From: Eledone cirrhosa
Lineage: Eukaryota
Direction: 5' to 3'
Length of the DNA: 64,000 bases
Assembly: GCA_964016885.1 (NCBI GenBank)
Contig: OZ024740.1
Span: forward strand, 37,200,001 to 37,264,000
The notes below the pieces were generated by a model. That model made no database searches. It was not told where the DNA came from and was given only the letters and a program-made list of their open reading frames with translations. Of this stretch, positions 25,702 through 39,141 are shown one piece after another. Both the position numbers and the translations under genes were made by a program. The first letter of the stretch is position 1, and each line of letters starts with the position of its first letter.

Positions 25702-26069
25702 AATATATAAACAACCATCCGGTTATCGTACCAACCAACCGGAAATTTATAATAAATTGAAGTGAAAACTTCCAGGTGCGTGTGTTTTTATTGCCAGCAT
25801 GACCCTCCCAAAGTATACAATATATATATATATATATATAATATAAATATAATATATATAATATATACTCATGATGTATATATATATATTTTTATACACA
25901 CACATATATATACACACACACGCACACATATATACATACATACACACATACATACATATAAATATTCATACATATTCCATGCATATATGTAATATGTACA
26001 CACACATACATATAAATATGCATATATATGCCATACATATATGTAATATGTACACACACACATATATGC

Positions 26070-26109
<40 letters not shown>

Positions 26110-26619
26110 ATTTATATATAGTTCAAGAATAAACAAGACTAACAAAGAGATGCAAAAACACAAAGTCTTATTATTTTCACGCTTGAGAAGAAGTAAATGA
26201 GAGCTTCAGCAAAGATCGGAGAGAGAGGGAGGGGGTAGAGAGACGGTGATAGCGGAAGAGAAAAAGTGTAGTTTTAATGTGTCTGGGGATAATAAGCGAC
26301 TTATCTGGCGTACAGGTGTGAAGGCCGAGGTGCAGAACCCACGTGTATCATATGTGCTGTTATGTGTGAACAGATGGAGTGCATTTTAAGTTGTGCGTTA
26401 TACCTCCTGTGCGTGCGTGTGTAGTTTGTGTATCATTTATGGAAGTGTGCGTCCGTGTGTATCTGTGTGTGTGTGTGTGAATATTTCATGTAGTTTTGTG
26501 TGAGTGTGTGTGTGTGTGTGCGTGTGTGTGTATGTATATATATATATATATGTGTGTGTGTGTATACACGTGTGTGTATCTGCATTTTTAATACATTTTT
26601 GGGTGCGTGTATATATATA

Positions 26620-27175
26620 TATGGAAAAGAATGAAACGAAATTTCATTTCTCACTCTTAGTACGGTTGATACTTAAATGTAAGTATTATGTATACGTACA
26701 TACATATATGTATACCGACGTACAGTAGTATGTATATATATACTATATGTACGTATAGGTTTACCGAACATTTATTATAATGTTCGATTTGTTTGTTTGT
26801 AAACAAACAAACAGCCCGAATTACGCCGTACGGTGTTCAGGCAACCATCGTCACCTTTTTGTTCAACACTGACACAGGAACGATGTACTAGTTTCAAGCT
26901 TATTAGCTATCGCCAGCATCGTATACCTTCCTGCCAGATGATTGAACGTCTGAAAATATATACTTTCCTTATGCATATTAACGGCTGAGCAGGCTAATTT
27001 GCATATCGAGTGAGTTAGTCGGCCGGGCGCACCGAAAACGATAAATGGAAAAGAATGAAACGAAATTTCATTTCTCACTCTTAGTACGGCTGATACTTAA
27101 ATGTAAGTATGTATGTATACGTACATACATATATGTATACAGACGTACAGTAGCATGTATATATATACATACATG
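26620..27175. repeat. Dispersed ~430-bp unit in partial tandem; second locus at 35010-35680
   Basis: ATGGAAAAGAATGAAACGAAATTTCATTTCTCACTC occurs at ~26621 and ~27044; the body is near-identical to 35120-35460. Confidence 0.85.
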
Positions 27176-27252
<77 letters not shown>

Positions 27253-27317
27253 GTATGTGGTTGACGGGTGAGAGAAAAGAGTACTCAATACCGAAGTAGA
27301 GTTTTAATATCCATTTC

Positions 27318-27463
27318 ATTAAGGCTAAATAGTGAGTCTTGTTACTCTGGAGTTTCGTCTGTTTATCACAGGGTCATCAGACAAGCAGACAAGAACATTT
27401 TTCTGATGACCCTGTGACAACAGGCGAAAGTCCACAGTAACAAGATTCACTATTTAGCCTTAA
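27318..27463. ncRNA. Inverted repeat carrying a hammerhead motif on each strand
   Basis: Minus: CTTGT-CTGATGA-CCCTGTGATAAACAGAC-GAAACTC-CA-GAGTA-ACAAG. Plus: CTGATGACCCTGTGACAACAGGCGAAAGTCCACAGTAACAAG. Confidence 0.75.
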
Positions 27464-27545
27464 TATATATATATGAAAAAAAGGAAAGGAATGATTGCAC
27501 TTGTAGTTCTAAATAATTTGATTTAATTTTATAATATTATGAGTT

Positions 27546-27608
<63 letters not shown>

Positions 27609-28276
27609 GTGAGGTTTTTTTTACAAAATGAAAAATAACCGAGGTGTCCTACACGAGTGGAAGTATAAAGAAAAAGAGATGAAATCGAAAATGCAAATGA
27701 AGTCTTATTTTTTTTTTAAATATATATATTTATTTGGTTCCTTTACCGGTTTCGCAGTTCTTCTGCTTTTCAAAAGATGAGTTGAGATGGAGGGTCTGTG
27801 GTTTTTCTCACATCTGATATATATATCACATATATATATATATAATAATAATAATAATATTATTTATACTTATATATACACTATATATAATTATAAACAG
27901 GAAAGGTCAGTAATTCATTACTACCTTATTATCAGTAAGAAAAATAGCTGAATGTATATACATCAGATGTTTTACAGAGCCGGAATATAAATTATAGAAT
28001 AATCAAAACTATGTTCAAGGCATTTACACCTACCCCCCACTCTCCTGAGCGTGAATTTAATAAACATTTATTGTACTGCCTCTCTGTTCTGTCCCTGTTC
28101 AAATTTTTCATTATATATATATATATTCATAAATATACATATATATATAATTGCATCTATATATAAATATATGTATATAATGTGGGTAATAATGAATATT
28201 ACCCTATTACAAATATGAAAATAGCTCATTGTAAAATACAAAGTATACTAGAGAGCAGAAATACAATATATTGTAT

Positions 28277-28311
<35 letters not shown>

Positions 28312-28385
28312 ATACACACACACATACATATGAGAATGTGTGTTTAAAGTAACATAGTATTTAAAATATTCAAACATTAAATTAA

Positions 28386-28572
28386 TTGTTTCTACTTTTG
28401 GCACAAGGCCAGCAATTACCCAGTGCATTACTGGTACTTTATTTGATTGACCCCGTAAGGATTGAAAGGCAAAGTTAACCTCGGCTGGATTTGAACTCAG
28501 ATCGTAAAGGGACGTAACTATGCTGGAAAGCATGGCGCCCGACTCTCTACCTATACTACCAATCCACCACCC
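28386..28572 (-). mobile_element. Full-length tRNA-derived SINE S1
   Basis: A-box-like TGG(C/T)AGTAT.GG, B box GAGTTCAAATCC, 3' end GGCCTTGTGCCAAAAGTAGAAACAATT. Confidence 0.92.
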
Positions 28573-28989
28573 TATGCTCATTCAAAATTTGATTAATATA
28601 CACTGTATATACATTGGTTTGACAATCGCCACCAACGAATGCTAGAAAGTTCTCCAGAAAGTTAACCAGGATCTTTAAAAAAAATTCCACGTTTAACAAA
28701 TTACTTATTAGATCTACATAGCAAAATTGTAAAATTGTAAAATTATAAAATTATAAAATTAAATTGTTATGTCATTCTTTTCCTTTTTTTTAAATATTTG
28801 TATATAAATGATTTTAGCTTTTAAAGAATCTCCCTTTTCTTTAATTCTATCGACCATGACTGACCCCCCCACTGATCTTATAGACATCTGTTAGCTTAAG
28901 GGAAACTTAATGACAAGGAATGGTATGCCATCCGGAACCTGTTTATAGAATTCTGTCTGCCCTTGTTACTCTAAAAACATAAATAAATA

Positions 28990-29191
28990 AAAATAAACTA
29001 TAGCTTTGTAGAATTAGCTTTTAATGAATTCCCTTTTCTATCAACCAATGACCTGCACCCATCCCACTCCCCACCCTCTCCTACCACTTGTAGAGACCTA
29101 TAAATACCATTTTTATTTTTTGATACCCAGATTCCTGATGATTTCTAATGAATGAAACAGTTCTAGTCCTGTAGAATCTCATCTATATTAA

Positions 29192-29195
<4 letters not shown>
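28990..29195 (+). mobile_element. Penelope-like terminal repeat fragment, same family as 30503-30945
   Basis: Contains CTGATGA-TTTC-TAAT-GAAT-GAAAC and matches the right arm of the 30.5-30.9 kb palindrome. Confidence 0.7.
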
Positions 29196-29227
<32 letters not shown>

Positions 29228-29438
29228 GTGCAGTGCACCCTACTGCTGCATTAAGTGTGGCCGAAACTCGAGTCCGGGAACTAATATAGGCACCCCTTTA
29301 CGTGTGTTGTATTGAAGCGAATAACAGTATACTCTGGAATGTGTTCTACATTATCTATTGAGTACGTTGAAATACAACCGGTCCAGGCGTTGTTAAATAT
29401 GCTGGGTCCGTCAACTCATTATTATTATTATCTCCCAA

Positions 29439-29624
29439 GGGCGGTGGATTGGCAGTATCGGTAGAGGGTCAGACACCATGCTTTCCAGCATAGTTACGTC
29501 CCTTTACGATCTGAGTTCAAATCCCGCCGAGGTTGACTTTGCCTTTCATCCTTACGGGGTCGATAAAATAAAGTACCAGTAATGCACTGGGATAATTGAT
29601 GGCCTTGTGCCAAAAGTAGAAACA
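29439..29624 (+). mobile_element. Full-length SINE S1 with 18-bp TSD
   Basis: TSD ATTATTATTATCTCCCAA at 29421-29438 and 29625-29642; pol III A/B boxes. Confidence 0.95.
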
Positions 29625-30224
29625 ATTATTATTATCTCCCAACTAGCAGACTAATGAGAGTAAGAACAATCTTTCACTTTTTTTTTATTGTGATTTTGTT
29701 TTGATATGCGCTCTAATTCCTGCTACTAAATTCTTTTTCTCTCTCATTCACATATTGAATCGTTTAAGTTGTGAAATAGACTGGTTTAAACACGTTACTG
29801 TCGCTATCAGCACGCTTCTCTATATCGCTGTATAATGGATGGTGGCATTTAATGTCCCTTAAAGGTTCTAGGCCCTACCACTGTTACCATCGCCATCCTA
29901 TCGCCGTGGGCTTGGAGACTAGAGCTGAATGCTACTATTTCACTGTGCAAGGATATGGAACTGCTATTTCTAATAACCAACTTATGACTATCTTTTCAAT
30001 GTGTGTTTGAGACACGTTGGCTGAGTTCTTTTGGCGGGAACGAAAATATTTGTTTTCTAATCTCCTGCCACCACGTAAATTTGTAAATCGGTGGCCGATC
30101 GGGGGACGGAGTTGTATCGGATTCCAGTTGCTAATCACTTTACTGTGTCTGCCGTCACATATTTATGGCTGGCATGGACTGGAGTTTGAATTCTGTAGAT
30201 CGATTGGTTATTAACTAGACCATA

Positions 30225-30335
30225 CCCGCTGATGAATCCACATGCGCCGATTATGCATCGTTGCATAATATATGCAGACAGAGGGTGCAGTGCACCCTAC
30301 TGCTGCATTAAGAGTGGCCGAAACTCGAGTCGGGG
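30225..30335 (+). ncRNA. Hammerhead motif with expanded, branched stem II
   Basis: CCCG-CTGATGA...CGAAAC-TCGA-GTC. The partial copy at 29226-29280 has GTC-CGGG, which completes stem I. Confidence 0.65.
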
Positions 30336-30431
30336 AACTAATATAGGCACCCGTTTTACGTATGTTGTATTGAGTACGCTGAAATACAACCGGTCTTGGC
30401 ATTGTTAAATATGGTGGGTCCGTCAACTCCT

Positions 30432-30502
<71 letters not shown>

Positions 30503-30504
<2 letters not shown>

Positions 30505-30945
30505 TTTTAATATAGATGAGATTCTACAGGACTAGAACTGTTTCATTCTTTAGAAATCATCAGGAATCTGGGTATCAAAAAATAAATATGGTATTTATAG
30601 GTCTCTTCAGGTGGTAGGAGAGGGTAGGGAGTGGGATGGGTGTAGGTTGATAGAAAAGGGAATTCATTAAAAGCTAATTCTTCAAAGCTATAGTTTATAT
30701 TTAAATATAAAATATAGTTTATATTTAAATATAAACTAAATATAAACTATAGCTTTGAAGAATTAGCTTTTAATGAATTCCCTTTTCTATCAACCAATGA
30801 CCTACACCCATCCCACTCCTTACCCTCTCCTACCACCTGAAGAGACCTATAAATACCATATTTATTTTTTGATACCCAGATTCCTGATGATTTCTAAAGA
30901 ATGAAACAGTTCTAGTCCTGTAGAATCTCATCTATATTAAAACTT
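30503..30945. repeat. ~440-bp fold-back palindrome of a Penelope-like repeat
   Basis: Arms are near-perfect reverse complements; a CTGATGA..GAAAC motif lies on each strand. Confidence 0.9.
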
Positions 30946-31008
30946 TTATACTCTGCAATGTATTGAGTACCTTACTTACTGTGGTTACCTCCGATTCAAC
31001 CCGGAATA

Positions 31009-31044
<36 letters not shown>

Positions 31045-31046
<2 letters not shown>

Positions 31047-31796
31047 CGGCGATGAATTAGTTTAGCGAGGTTTTTTATATGAAATCGTGTGTCGAAACAG
31101 AAATTGTTATATTTGGGGAGGGTCATATTTGCGTAATATTGCCAGAATTAATAACAGAACACACTCACTGTTTGGTTGGTTTAGAAATTAGAAGACCAAA
31201 GCTAAACAGAAAGAATGAGTGGAACAACAACAACACCCAAACAAACAACACTGACCTAAGAGAAGTATAAATAAGTAAATAAAATAAAATAAAATAAGAT
31301 AAATAAATACATACACAAGCACAATAACAACAAGCACATAAACACACACTAGTCACCCAGCAGACACAACACTATACACACTAGTCACACATCACACATA
31401 ACACTATACACACACGCAAACGCATGCGCAAAGAAGACAAAATAAAATAAGATAAACAAACAAGCAAATAAATAAATAAATATATAGACAGACTGAATAA
31501 AAAAAAATGGCGTAGACATACAACACAACAGGAGGAACAATGAATATAACACCACTGACGATGTTGCAGATGTGCAACGAAAGATTTATGTAAATTATGT
31601 AAACTATATATATGTGTTTGTGTCTATATTGTATCTGTATTATTTTTGACCGCCGGTCAGTCAATGGCAACATTGAGGACCGAGTAAGTTAGATCGCAGA
31701 TATAAAAGACAGCGAGAAGCGAAAACCAACCAAACAGTGAGTGTGTTCTGTTATTAATTCTGGCAATATTACGCAAATATGACCCTCCCCAAATAT

Positions 31797-31883
<87 letters not shown>

Positions 31884-32210
31884 GTTATATTTCTGGAGGG
31901 TCATACCAGAAATAAATTACAGAACACACTTACTGTTTGGTTGGTTTTCGCTTCTGTATCTTTTATATTTCCATAGTTAATTTATCAGGCAATCAATGTT
32001 TATCATCGATTGACCAACGGTTAAAATTACAGGTATAAATATATATATATATAGTCTATCAAAGTTCGTTCGTTGCACATCTGCAACATCATCCGTGGTA
32101 CTATTATTATGTTCCCTCCTGTTGTATTGTAATGTCTACGCCATAATGTCTACGAAAAATAACAATATTTGTTTCGACACACGATTTCATATCAAAAACC
32201 TTGCAAAACA
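31045..32210. mobile_element. Rearranged Penelope-like termini (GIY-YIG C-terminus, terminal repeat, inverted segments)
   Basis: RPKLNRKNEWNNN matches QPKLNRKHEWNSN at ~22000; hammerhead CTGACGA-T-GTTGCA GATG TGCAAC-GAAA at ~31554; MTLPKYNN on both strands. Confidence 0.8.
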
Positions 32211-32232
32211 AATATATATATATATATATATA

Positions 32233-33158
32233 TAGAATAAGAAAATGCGAAGTAGTTTCAGATGTTAAAGTCTTTAATGATAATGCTGTGATACATATTT
32301 CAATGATGACAGTGGCCACACGATTCCGTGCACCTAGTGCATCAGACAGTTTCTTATATAATAAGTTTACGTTCCCGAGGCAATCCAAATTGAATCGTCA
32401 AGGGAACGGACAAAGCGGGTGTTCTTGAATCCTTCGTCCGTTCCATTGTGAGTCCCAATTCACCCCCAACGGTTAACGCAGGCACAAGTCCGAAGGAAGT
32501 TGACCATCCACCACCCCAAACCCCAGGAAACTCGCCTAGGCAGGTCCCCTCATACCCCAACGAAATAATCAACACCATCCAGGTCTGTAATATGACACGG
32601 TTATAGTTTACTGCTAGTCGCCCTGCCAATTTAGTGGTGGTGGCAAAGTATAAGTTTCAATAGGCTTCGATATTACCCCTAAATTATTATTTCTGGTATA
32701 GGTACAAGGCCAGCAATTTGGAAGGAGGGGAAAGTCGATTAAAACGACCCCAGTGCGTGACTGGTACTTTATTTTATCGACCCCCGTAGGATGAAAGGCA
32801 AAGTTAACCTCGGCGGGATATGAACTCAGATCATGAAGGGCCGTAACTCTATGCTACAAAGCATGGCGTCCGACCCTCTACCGATACTGCCAATCCACCG
32901 CCCTAAATTATGCTTGGCCAGTAGCATTGACGATCACCCGCTAAGAGAATATAAACTTAATTCTAGAAATGGTTTCACGGTGGAAATTATGATTGGAAAT
33001 TAGAAATTAAAAATTACAATTTAAAATCTTGATTGAAGTAAACAAAAAATAATAAATAGGGAGATGTTTAAATTATAGTAAGAAGTTTTGAAAGGGGGAT
33101 CAATATTACAGATATATTATCCATAACATCTGACACTACTTCGCATTTTCTTATTCTA
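32233..33158. mobile_element. Non-autonomous DNA transposon with ~35-bp terminal inverted repeats
   Basis: TAGAATAAGAAAATGCGAAGTAGTTTCAGATGTTA at 32233, reverse complement (1 mismatch) at 33124-33158; a SINE is nested inside. Confidence 0.7.
32688..32902 (-). mobile_element. SINE S1 longer variant with TSD
   Basis: Same head and body plus an extra ~30-nt segment; TSD CCCTAAATTAT. Confidence 0.88.
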
Positions 33159-33459
33159 AATATACTCCGTCCTTCCTATGTGGAAAAAGTACGTAGAGTG
33201 CTTGAATTGAATTGCATTAATATTTACCGTAAGACACACACACACACATGCTTACGCACGTGCACAAGTATAGCTCTTTTTACAAAACGGTTTTTTTTCC
33301 ATTTCAGGTAGACGCGCTCCATCATCCACTTTTCTAAAAAATAAATCATACACAAAACGCCAGCACCAACAGTTTTGCAAGAGATGTAAACATGAATGGA
33401 CCTGTTATTTTCCATTTCCAACCATTCCGTCCCCTCAATCTATCTTATTTCTCATTCTT

Positions 33460-33496
33460 TCTTCTGATGAAGGACTAGCGTCCGAAACGTCAAGAC
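33460..33496 (+). ncRNA. Minimal hammerhead motif
   Basis: TCTT-CTGATGA-A-GGAC-TAGC-GTCC-GAAACGTC-AAGA. Confidence 0.75.
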
Positions 33497-33783
33497 TCTC
33501 TTCCTGCTATATCAAGCGTTAACCTAATATAACCCTTCCATATACTGTACCGATTGTGTGGTTATTTCTGTTTACCTTTTACATACATATATATATAAAT
33601 ACATTATCGGAGGAAGCTAATAGCGATACTCCGGCCAAATCCCAACTCACTCAACAAACATTAGGAAATAACTGAGTATATTCTTAATTAAACGTTCGGG
33701 GTTCTAACTAATTGTATTGTGTGGAAAATTGGCTGTATTATTTCATATGAGATATATCAAATATATCTATATATCTATCTATA

Positions 33784-34374
33784 TGCCCGGGCGTCACTGA
33801 CCTGTGGGGCTATGTAGAACGACTATTGTCGCGGGTGGGACCAATCCGGTTGACCACCGAGTCCATTGTCATGATCAAACCGCAACGAAGGAGAGGCGGT
33901 TTTCCTTTATGTGATAGCTATGGCGAAAGAAGTTGTATGGTGGACAAGGTTGAAAGGGCTGAGGTCAGACACCTTTCTCTCCGGCCAACAACTGATTCTT
34001 TTTTTCAAATACCACTTTGGAAGAAGAATCAGTATGGAGAGAGAGGTGCTGCACCCCAGCAAGTTTTATGAAAGGTGGGTGAAAGTGGCGAGAATGGCCC
34101 GAGTGAATGGGCCTTCTCTCTATATCAGCCTGTAGGTTGAGGAAAAGGAGGAGGAAAGGAAAGGAGTACAAACTCTTCGTACTCCTGGAGATGAGGGTTG
34201 CACATTTTTTCGGGGGTATGTGTTACCCATATGAACTGTTTCCCTCTATTGGGGAAAATCGACTAATTTTTTAAATTGCATTTGTGATAACATTTTACAC
34301 GTTTTTATTGTATGTAAACTTCCCCCTTTGTATTTGTCCTCTTCTTTTGTGCCCCTGTGGCTAATAAAGAAACA

Positions 34375-34375
<1 letters not shown>
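33784..34375 (+). mobile_element. Tx1 3' fragment, copy D
   Basis: AMAKEVVWWTRLKGL...RVNGPSLYISL matches the ORF2 end of copies A and B; ends AATAAAGAAAC then (TC)n(TA)n. Confidence 0.9.
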
Positions 34376-34462
<87 letters not shown>

Positions 34463-34648
34463 CATATACACATACATATATATACACATACATATTATGT
34501 ATATATAGATAGATATATACATATGTATATATGTATATGTGAAAAAAGGAAAAGAATGACTTTATTTGTAGTTGGTATTCGATAACAATTTAATTTTATA
34601 TTTTTGCAAAACATTACCAAAGATAATAGTCAAGTTCTCCATTATAAT

Positions 34649-34734
<86 letters not shown>

Positions 34735-34781
34735 TATATATATATATATGAAAATTGCAAACTTGACTGTCACCACATATT

Positions 34782-34821
34782 ATGAACCTGAAGATTGCGA
34801 AAGAATGAAAGTACTTGTTCA
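34782..34821 (+). ncRNA. Minimal hammerhead motif
   Basis: TGAAC-CTGAAGA-TTGCGAAAGAAT-GAAAG-TA-CTT-GTTCA; 5-bp stem I, weak stem II. Confidence 0.6.
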
Positions 34822-35009
34822 ATTAACACTTAGAATTTAATATTCTATCATATTATTTCATTATAATACCATTATAAATTTTAAAGGATTGTAAATAAAA
34901 CGAGTAAATCAGACAAAGTTGGAATTCCTCTTATTAATATAATCTTCTATACACAATCATACACACCCGTGTATATTTATCTATCTATCTATATATATAT
35001 ATATATATA

Positions 35010-35680
35010 TAAATGTAAGTATGTATGTATGTATGTATATGTACATACATATATGTATACAGACGTACAGTAGTATGTATATATATATACATACATGCAC
35101 ACATATATATATGCACGTATCGGTTTACCGAACATTTATTATAATGCTCGGTTTGTTTGTTTGTAAACAAACAAACAGCCCGAATTACGCCGTACAGTGT
35201 TTAGGCAACCACGTCACCTTTTTGTTCAACACTGACACAGGAACGATGTACTAGTTTCAAGCTTATTAGCTATCGTCAGCATCGTATACCTTCCTGCCAG
35301 ATGATTGAACGTCTGAAAGTATATACTTTCCTTATGCATATTAACGGCTGAGCAGCCTAATTTGCATATCGAGTGAGTTCAGTCGGCCGGGCACACCGAA
35401 AACGATAAATAGAATAGAATGAAACGAAATTTCATTTCTCACTCTTAGTACGGCACTTACTTAAATGTAAGTATGTATGTATGTATACGTACATACATAT
35501 ATGTATACAGACGTACAGTAGTATGTATATACATACATGCACACATATATATATATGCACGTATCTGTTTACCGAACATTTATTATAATGCTCGGTTTGT
35601 TTGTTTGTTTGTATTTATCGTTTTCGGTGTGCCCGGCCGACTGAACTCACTCGATATGCAAATTAGGCTGCTCAGCCGAA
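35010..35680. repeat. Second locus of the 430-bp repeat, with an inverted terminal segment
   Basis: 35345-35410 is the reverse complement of 35613-35677. Confidence 0.8.
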
Positions 35681-37113
35681 ATTTTCAAAACATCGATAAT
35701 CGATATTGTGGAAATATGCAAATCTACGCCTTTCTTTATGGGAAAATGGAAGGCTTTACAAACAGATATTCAGGGTTCTTTGAGTAGAATTCTTAATTCT
35801 TAAATAATTCTACAGTCAACAAAATATATGACAGAATGTTTTTCATATTTTTTTTTCAAAAATCTTTCGATTTCAATGAAATTTAATGTGTATGTATTCG
35901 AACACAAGCACTTTTAGTTTACACCTGGCGCAATCTAAATCAATTTCATATGCCCATATAAGCACGCACACACTGTGGCTCACGCGCGTTATTGATTGGA
36001 CGGCCTGTCTATACCACGAGCAGTATGTTTTCTCATCGATAGATACACAAACAGGTATGCACGCACGTGCGAACCGCCTTTTTCTCTTTGTGTGTATCCG
36101 CTTTTTGTGAACAACAATAAATCCGGCCGTCTCACTAAACGGACCTTTACAGAATTTGCCCACTTACTTATTGGTGAGTTAGTGCTTATTTATTTAGACT
36201 ACTTGCATGCCATTTCAGTTAAATTTAATTCATTTTTCGCCATCCTTAAATTTAAAAATCCCCATTGGGACTAGGGGATTGTCGACATTTTAGCGTTAAT
36301 CTTTTCATATTCCCCATTATTCAAGTGCAAATACAGTATTATCCCTATCTGAAAGGAAACCAAATTTAATGGTGTCTTTTGTGATGCCAAAAGCTAAAAG
36401 CGGTGAGTAAATTTTCAAACAGTCTTAAATAATCATGCTTCTTGAAAAAAAATTTACTAAATAATACTTTGACCAAGTTGTATTGGACACATACAAAATT
36501 GTAAAAAATGTTACGTCCGTACCAATTTTTTCCTTTTTTAAACAAAAGGTTCTAAAAAATTACTTAATTCATAACACTACTGTCACAGCCTTTTGCACAC
36601 AAAGTGGGTAAGTTTTCGGGTTTTTAAACGTAAGTTCACCAGGGTTTGTGTCTTTTCCATTATTAGCCCACCTCTAATGGCATTTTTTGTTCTGTTTACG
36701 ACTAAATGTTATGAGAGTATTTGCAAATTGCTATTGTTCTTTAATTTTTTAATTAGTTGTCATAGATCATCTGCATGCAGTGCAATTGATTGCGCACACG
36801 TACACACCTGCATGCAGATAAACACTGACAGCTAATAAAAAATCGATAATTTGCTTATTAAGACATCGGTCAAAAAGAGAGATTGAATGTATTTTAGAAA
36901 ATATTTTGAATATATTGTTCTTTTTGGCATGATATGTCAGAAATATAGCTACTATACACTTTGGTTATTTTTTGTAACTAAGAAACGGTTCCTTTTGGGT
37001 GAATACTTAACGAGAACGATCCCAGGGTTTTGGACAAGTTTGTTTCAGGCACTGTATAGACGCCAATTTTGTTACACCTTGGTCATGAATTCGTATTCTT
37101 TTTCCAATAGATA

Positions 37114-37369
37114 CCGTATTTTCCGCTCTATAAGGCTCACCGGGATATAAGGCGTATCATTTAAAATCAGGTCCGCGCAACGGCGTGTAAGGCCAACCAG
37201 GAAAATGCTATCTTCTTTACTTTTAGTCTAGATCTATTACTTCTGTTAGAGCCGTGATTGATTACCATTGTATTATTTATACATAAGGCTCGCCGGAGTA
37301 TAAAGCGCAGAGCTGTTTTGAGGTGAAATTTAGGTATTTTAAGTGCACTTTATAGGCCGGAAAATTTGG
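37114..37369. mobile_element. pogo/Tigger-type (Tc1-mariner superfamily) MITE
   Basis: TA-CCGTATTTTCCG...CCGGAAAATTTGG-TA; internal TATAAGGC repeats. Confidence 0.8.
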
Positions 37370-37705
37370 TAAGTTATTATAATCATATTTCAAACCCTTC
37401 CCATTCACCAGTAACCATGCTAGCGAATCTGGTGTCACCTCTCTCTGTACTTAATCACCCCTCTCTAACCTAACAGCTTCGTTACACGTCGTTATGCCCA
37501 CACGGAAACGTTCAAGACTTACCTCCAAAAAAGGTACAGCTATTGTTTTGAGACAACGAATTAGGCGTTCTCAGGTATGAGTTCATTCACAATTGATTAA
37601 TCCTTTATGCTATTTCTCGACTCTATTATTTCCCACTCTACTACCCTAAGTATTGAGTACTCTGGTGCGTTACGGTCCATCTGGTTCCTTACCACAATTC
37701 CTTTG

Positions 37706-37776
<71 letters not shown>

Positions 37777-37779
<3 letters not shown>

Positions 37780-38853
37780 CACAAGAATCAAAGCTATGTT
37801 CAAAGCATTTATTCACTTACAATTGTTTCATCCAAACCTAGGATTGGAACCTTCGGAGCATTTTTCAATGTTTGTACATATAATTGACTTCCTATCCATA
37901 GGATATAAAGATATAGCACTTTGTATGGGAAATTCAATTATGTCACTATATAATAAAGAGTAATCAACTTCCTATAGATACCTGTAATACATTATAATAG
38001 AGTAGACTGTATTGAAAATTGAAAATTAGATATAAATATATAACCTTTTATATAAGGGACTCAATTGAGGCACCATATAATGTATGTTAGAACAATGAAT
38101 TTAGTTATGAGAATCAGCTAGTTACCTCCCCTTACGCATTAACTCCCCTTAATTACACACCTACTTCCGGGTAATAAACCACTGTAAATTCTCGCAGCAG
38201 AAAGAACCTATTCTATAAATATGGATTAAATAACACTGAGCCGCAATATGCTACAATAATTTAATGCATCAAACATTCAATACGGAATCATCGTAACTTA
38301 TGTGATGGGTGTAAAAACTATACCTTCCTTTTTCTGAATGTGAAAATGGTGGTGGATACGAAAACTATAACTTTCTTTTTCTGCACACATACTTTTTTGA
38401 TCTATACAAAAAATACCCTACCACTACAACCACCATAATACTCTTGCTTACCCGCTTAAAGTGCATGCATTACATGTAACACCTTGCCACACAATAATCG
38501 TATATAAATGAGACACACTTGCATGCTCCATGTGTGACTAACGCATACACTATCTACTAGATCTGATTATCAAACTAACCCCTTACATTATCTGTGTTAT
38601 CTGCCGCATGTATTTTAATTTTAATTTTGAATTTGATTTTAAATTTGAATTGCTGTACAAATATAGTATAGTATAATATATGTCACTCCACTGTACATCA
38701 ATATATATATATATCTGTATGTCTCCTGCGTTGGATAGGAAGTCAATTATATGTACAAACATTGAAAAATGGTCCGAAGATTCCAAGCCTAGGTTTGGAT
38801 GAAACAATTGTAAGTGAATAAATGCTTTGAACATAGCTTTGATTCTTGTGAAT
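37777..38853. mobile_element. Inverted ~120-bp repeats (37777-37898 and 38731-38853), each with a hammerhead-like motif
   Basis: CCGAAGA-T-TCCAAGC CTAG GTTTGGA-T-GAAAC-AATT-GTA at 38774-38812, with an inverted homologue. Confidence 0.75.
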
Positions 38854-39056
38854 TCTATATAACTGCTCTGTAGAACAACTGATGTTATTACATTGAGCTA
38901 TTTATCTTACTGGTAATAAGGTAGTAATAAATTACTGACCTTCCCTGTTTATAGTTTAAAATATACATAACTATAAATAGTATCCTTAATATTATATATA
39001 TATATATTGAAAGGATAACAGGGACGATTGGTTACTCCTTCATTACATTTATTGGT

Positions 39057-39141
39057 AGGTGACGCGCGTTTCGCCACTGATCAGCTCAAGGTTCGATGTT
39101 TCAATCCTACCCGACTCAATGATCGGCGGCTCGACGGACCC
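39057..39141 (-). ncRNA. Hammerhead-like motif with long stem II
   Basis: GGGT-CCGTCGA-G-CCGCCGATCA...TGATCAGTGG-CGAAAC-GCGC-GTC-ACCT. Confidence 0.55.

Larger units (their letters stand above)
25370..25820. mobile_element. Inverted pair of Penelope-like terminal repeats bounded by (TA)/(CA) arrays
   Basis: Both arms match 22200-22400; each carries a hammerhead and ends in ATGACCCTCCCAAAGTATA. Confidence 0.85.

Noticed and set aside
28386-29624. tRNA genes
   Set aside because: The A/B boxes belong to SINE heads followed by body, tail and TSDs; there is no complete cloverleaf with terminator.
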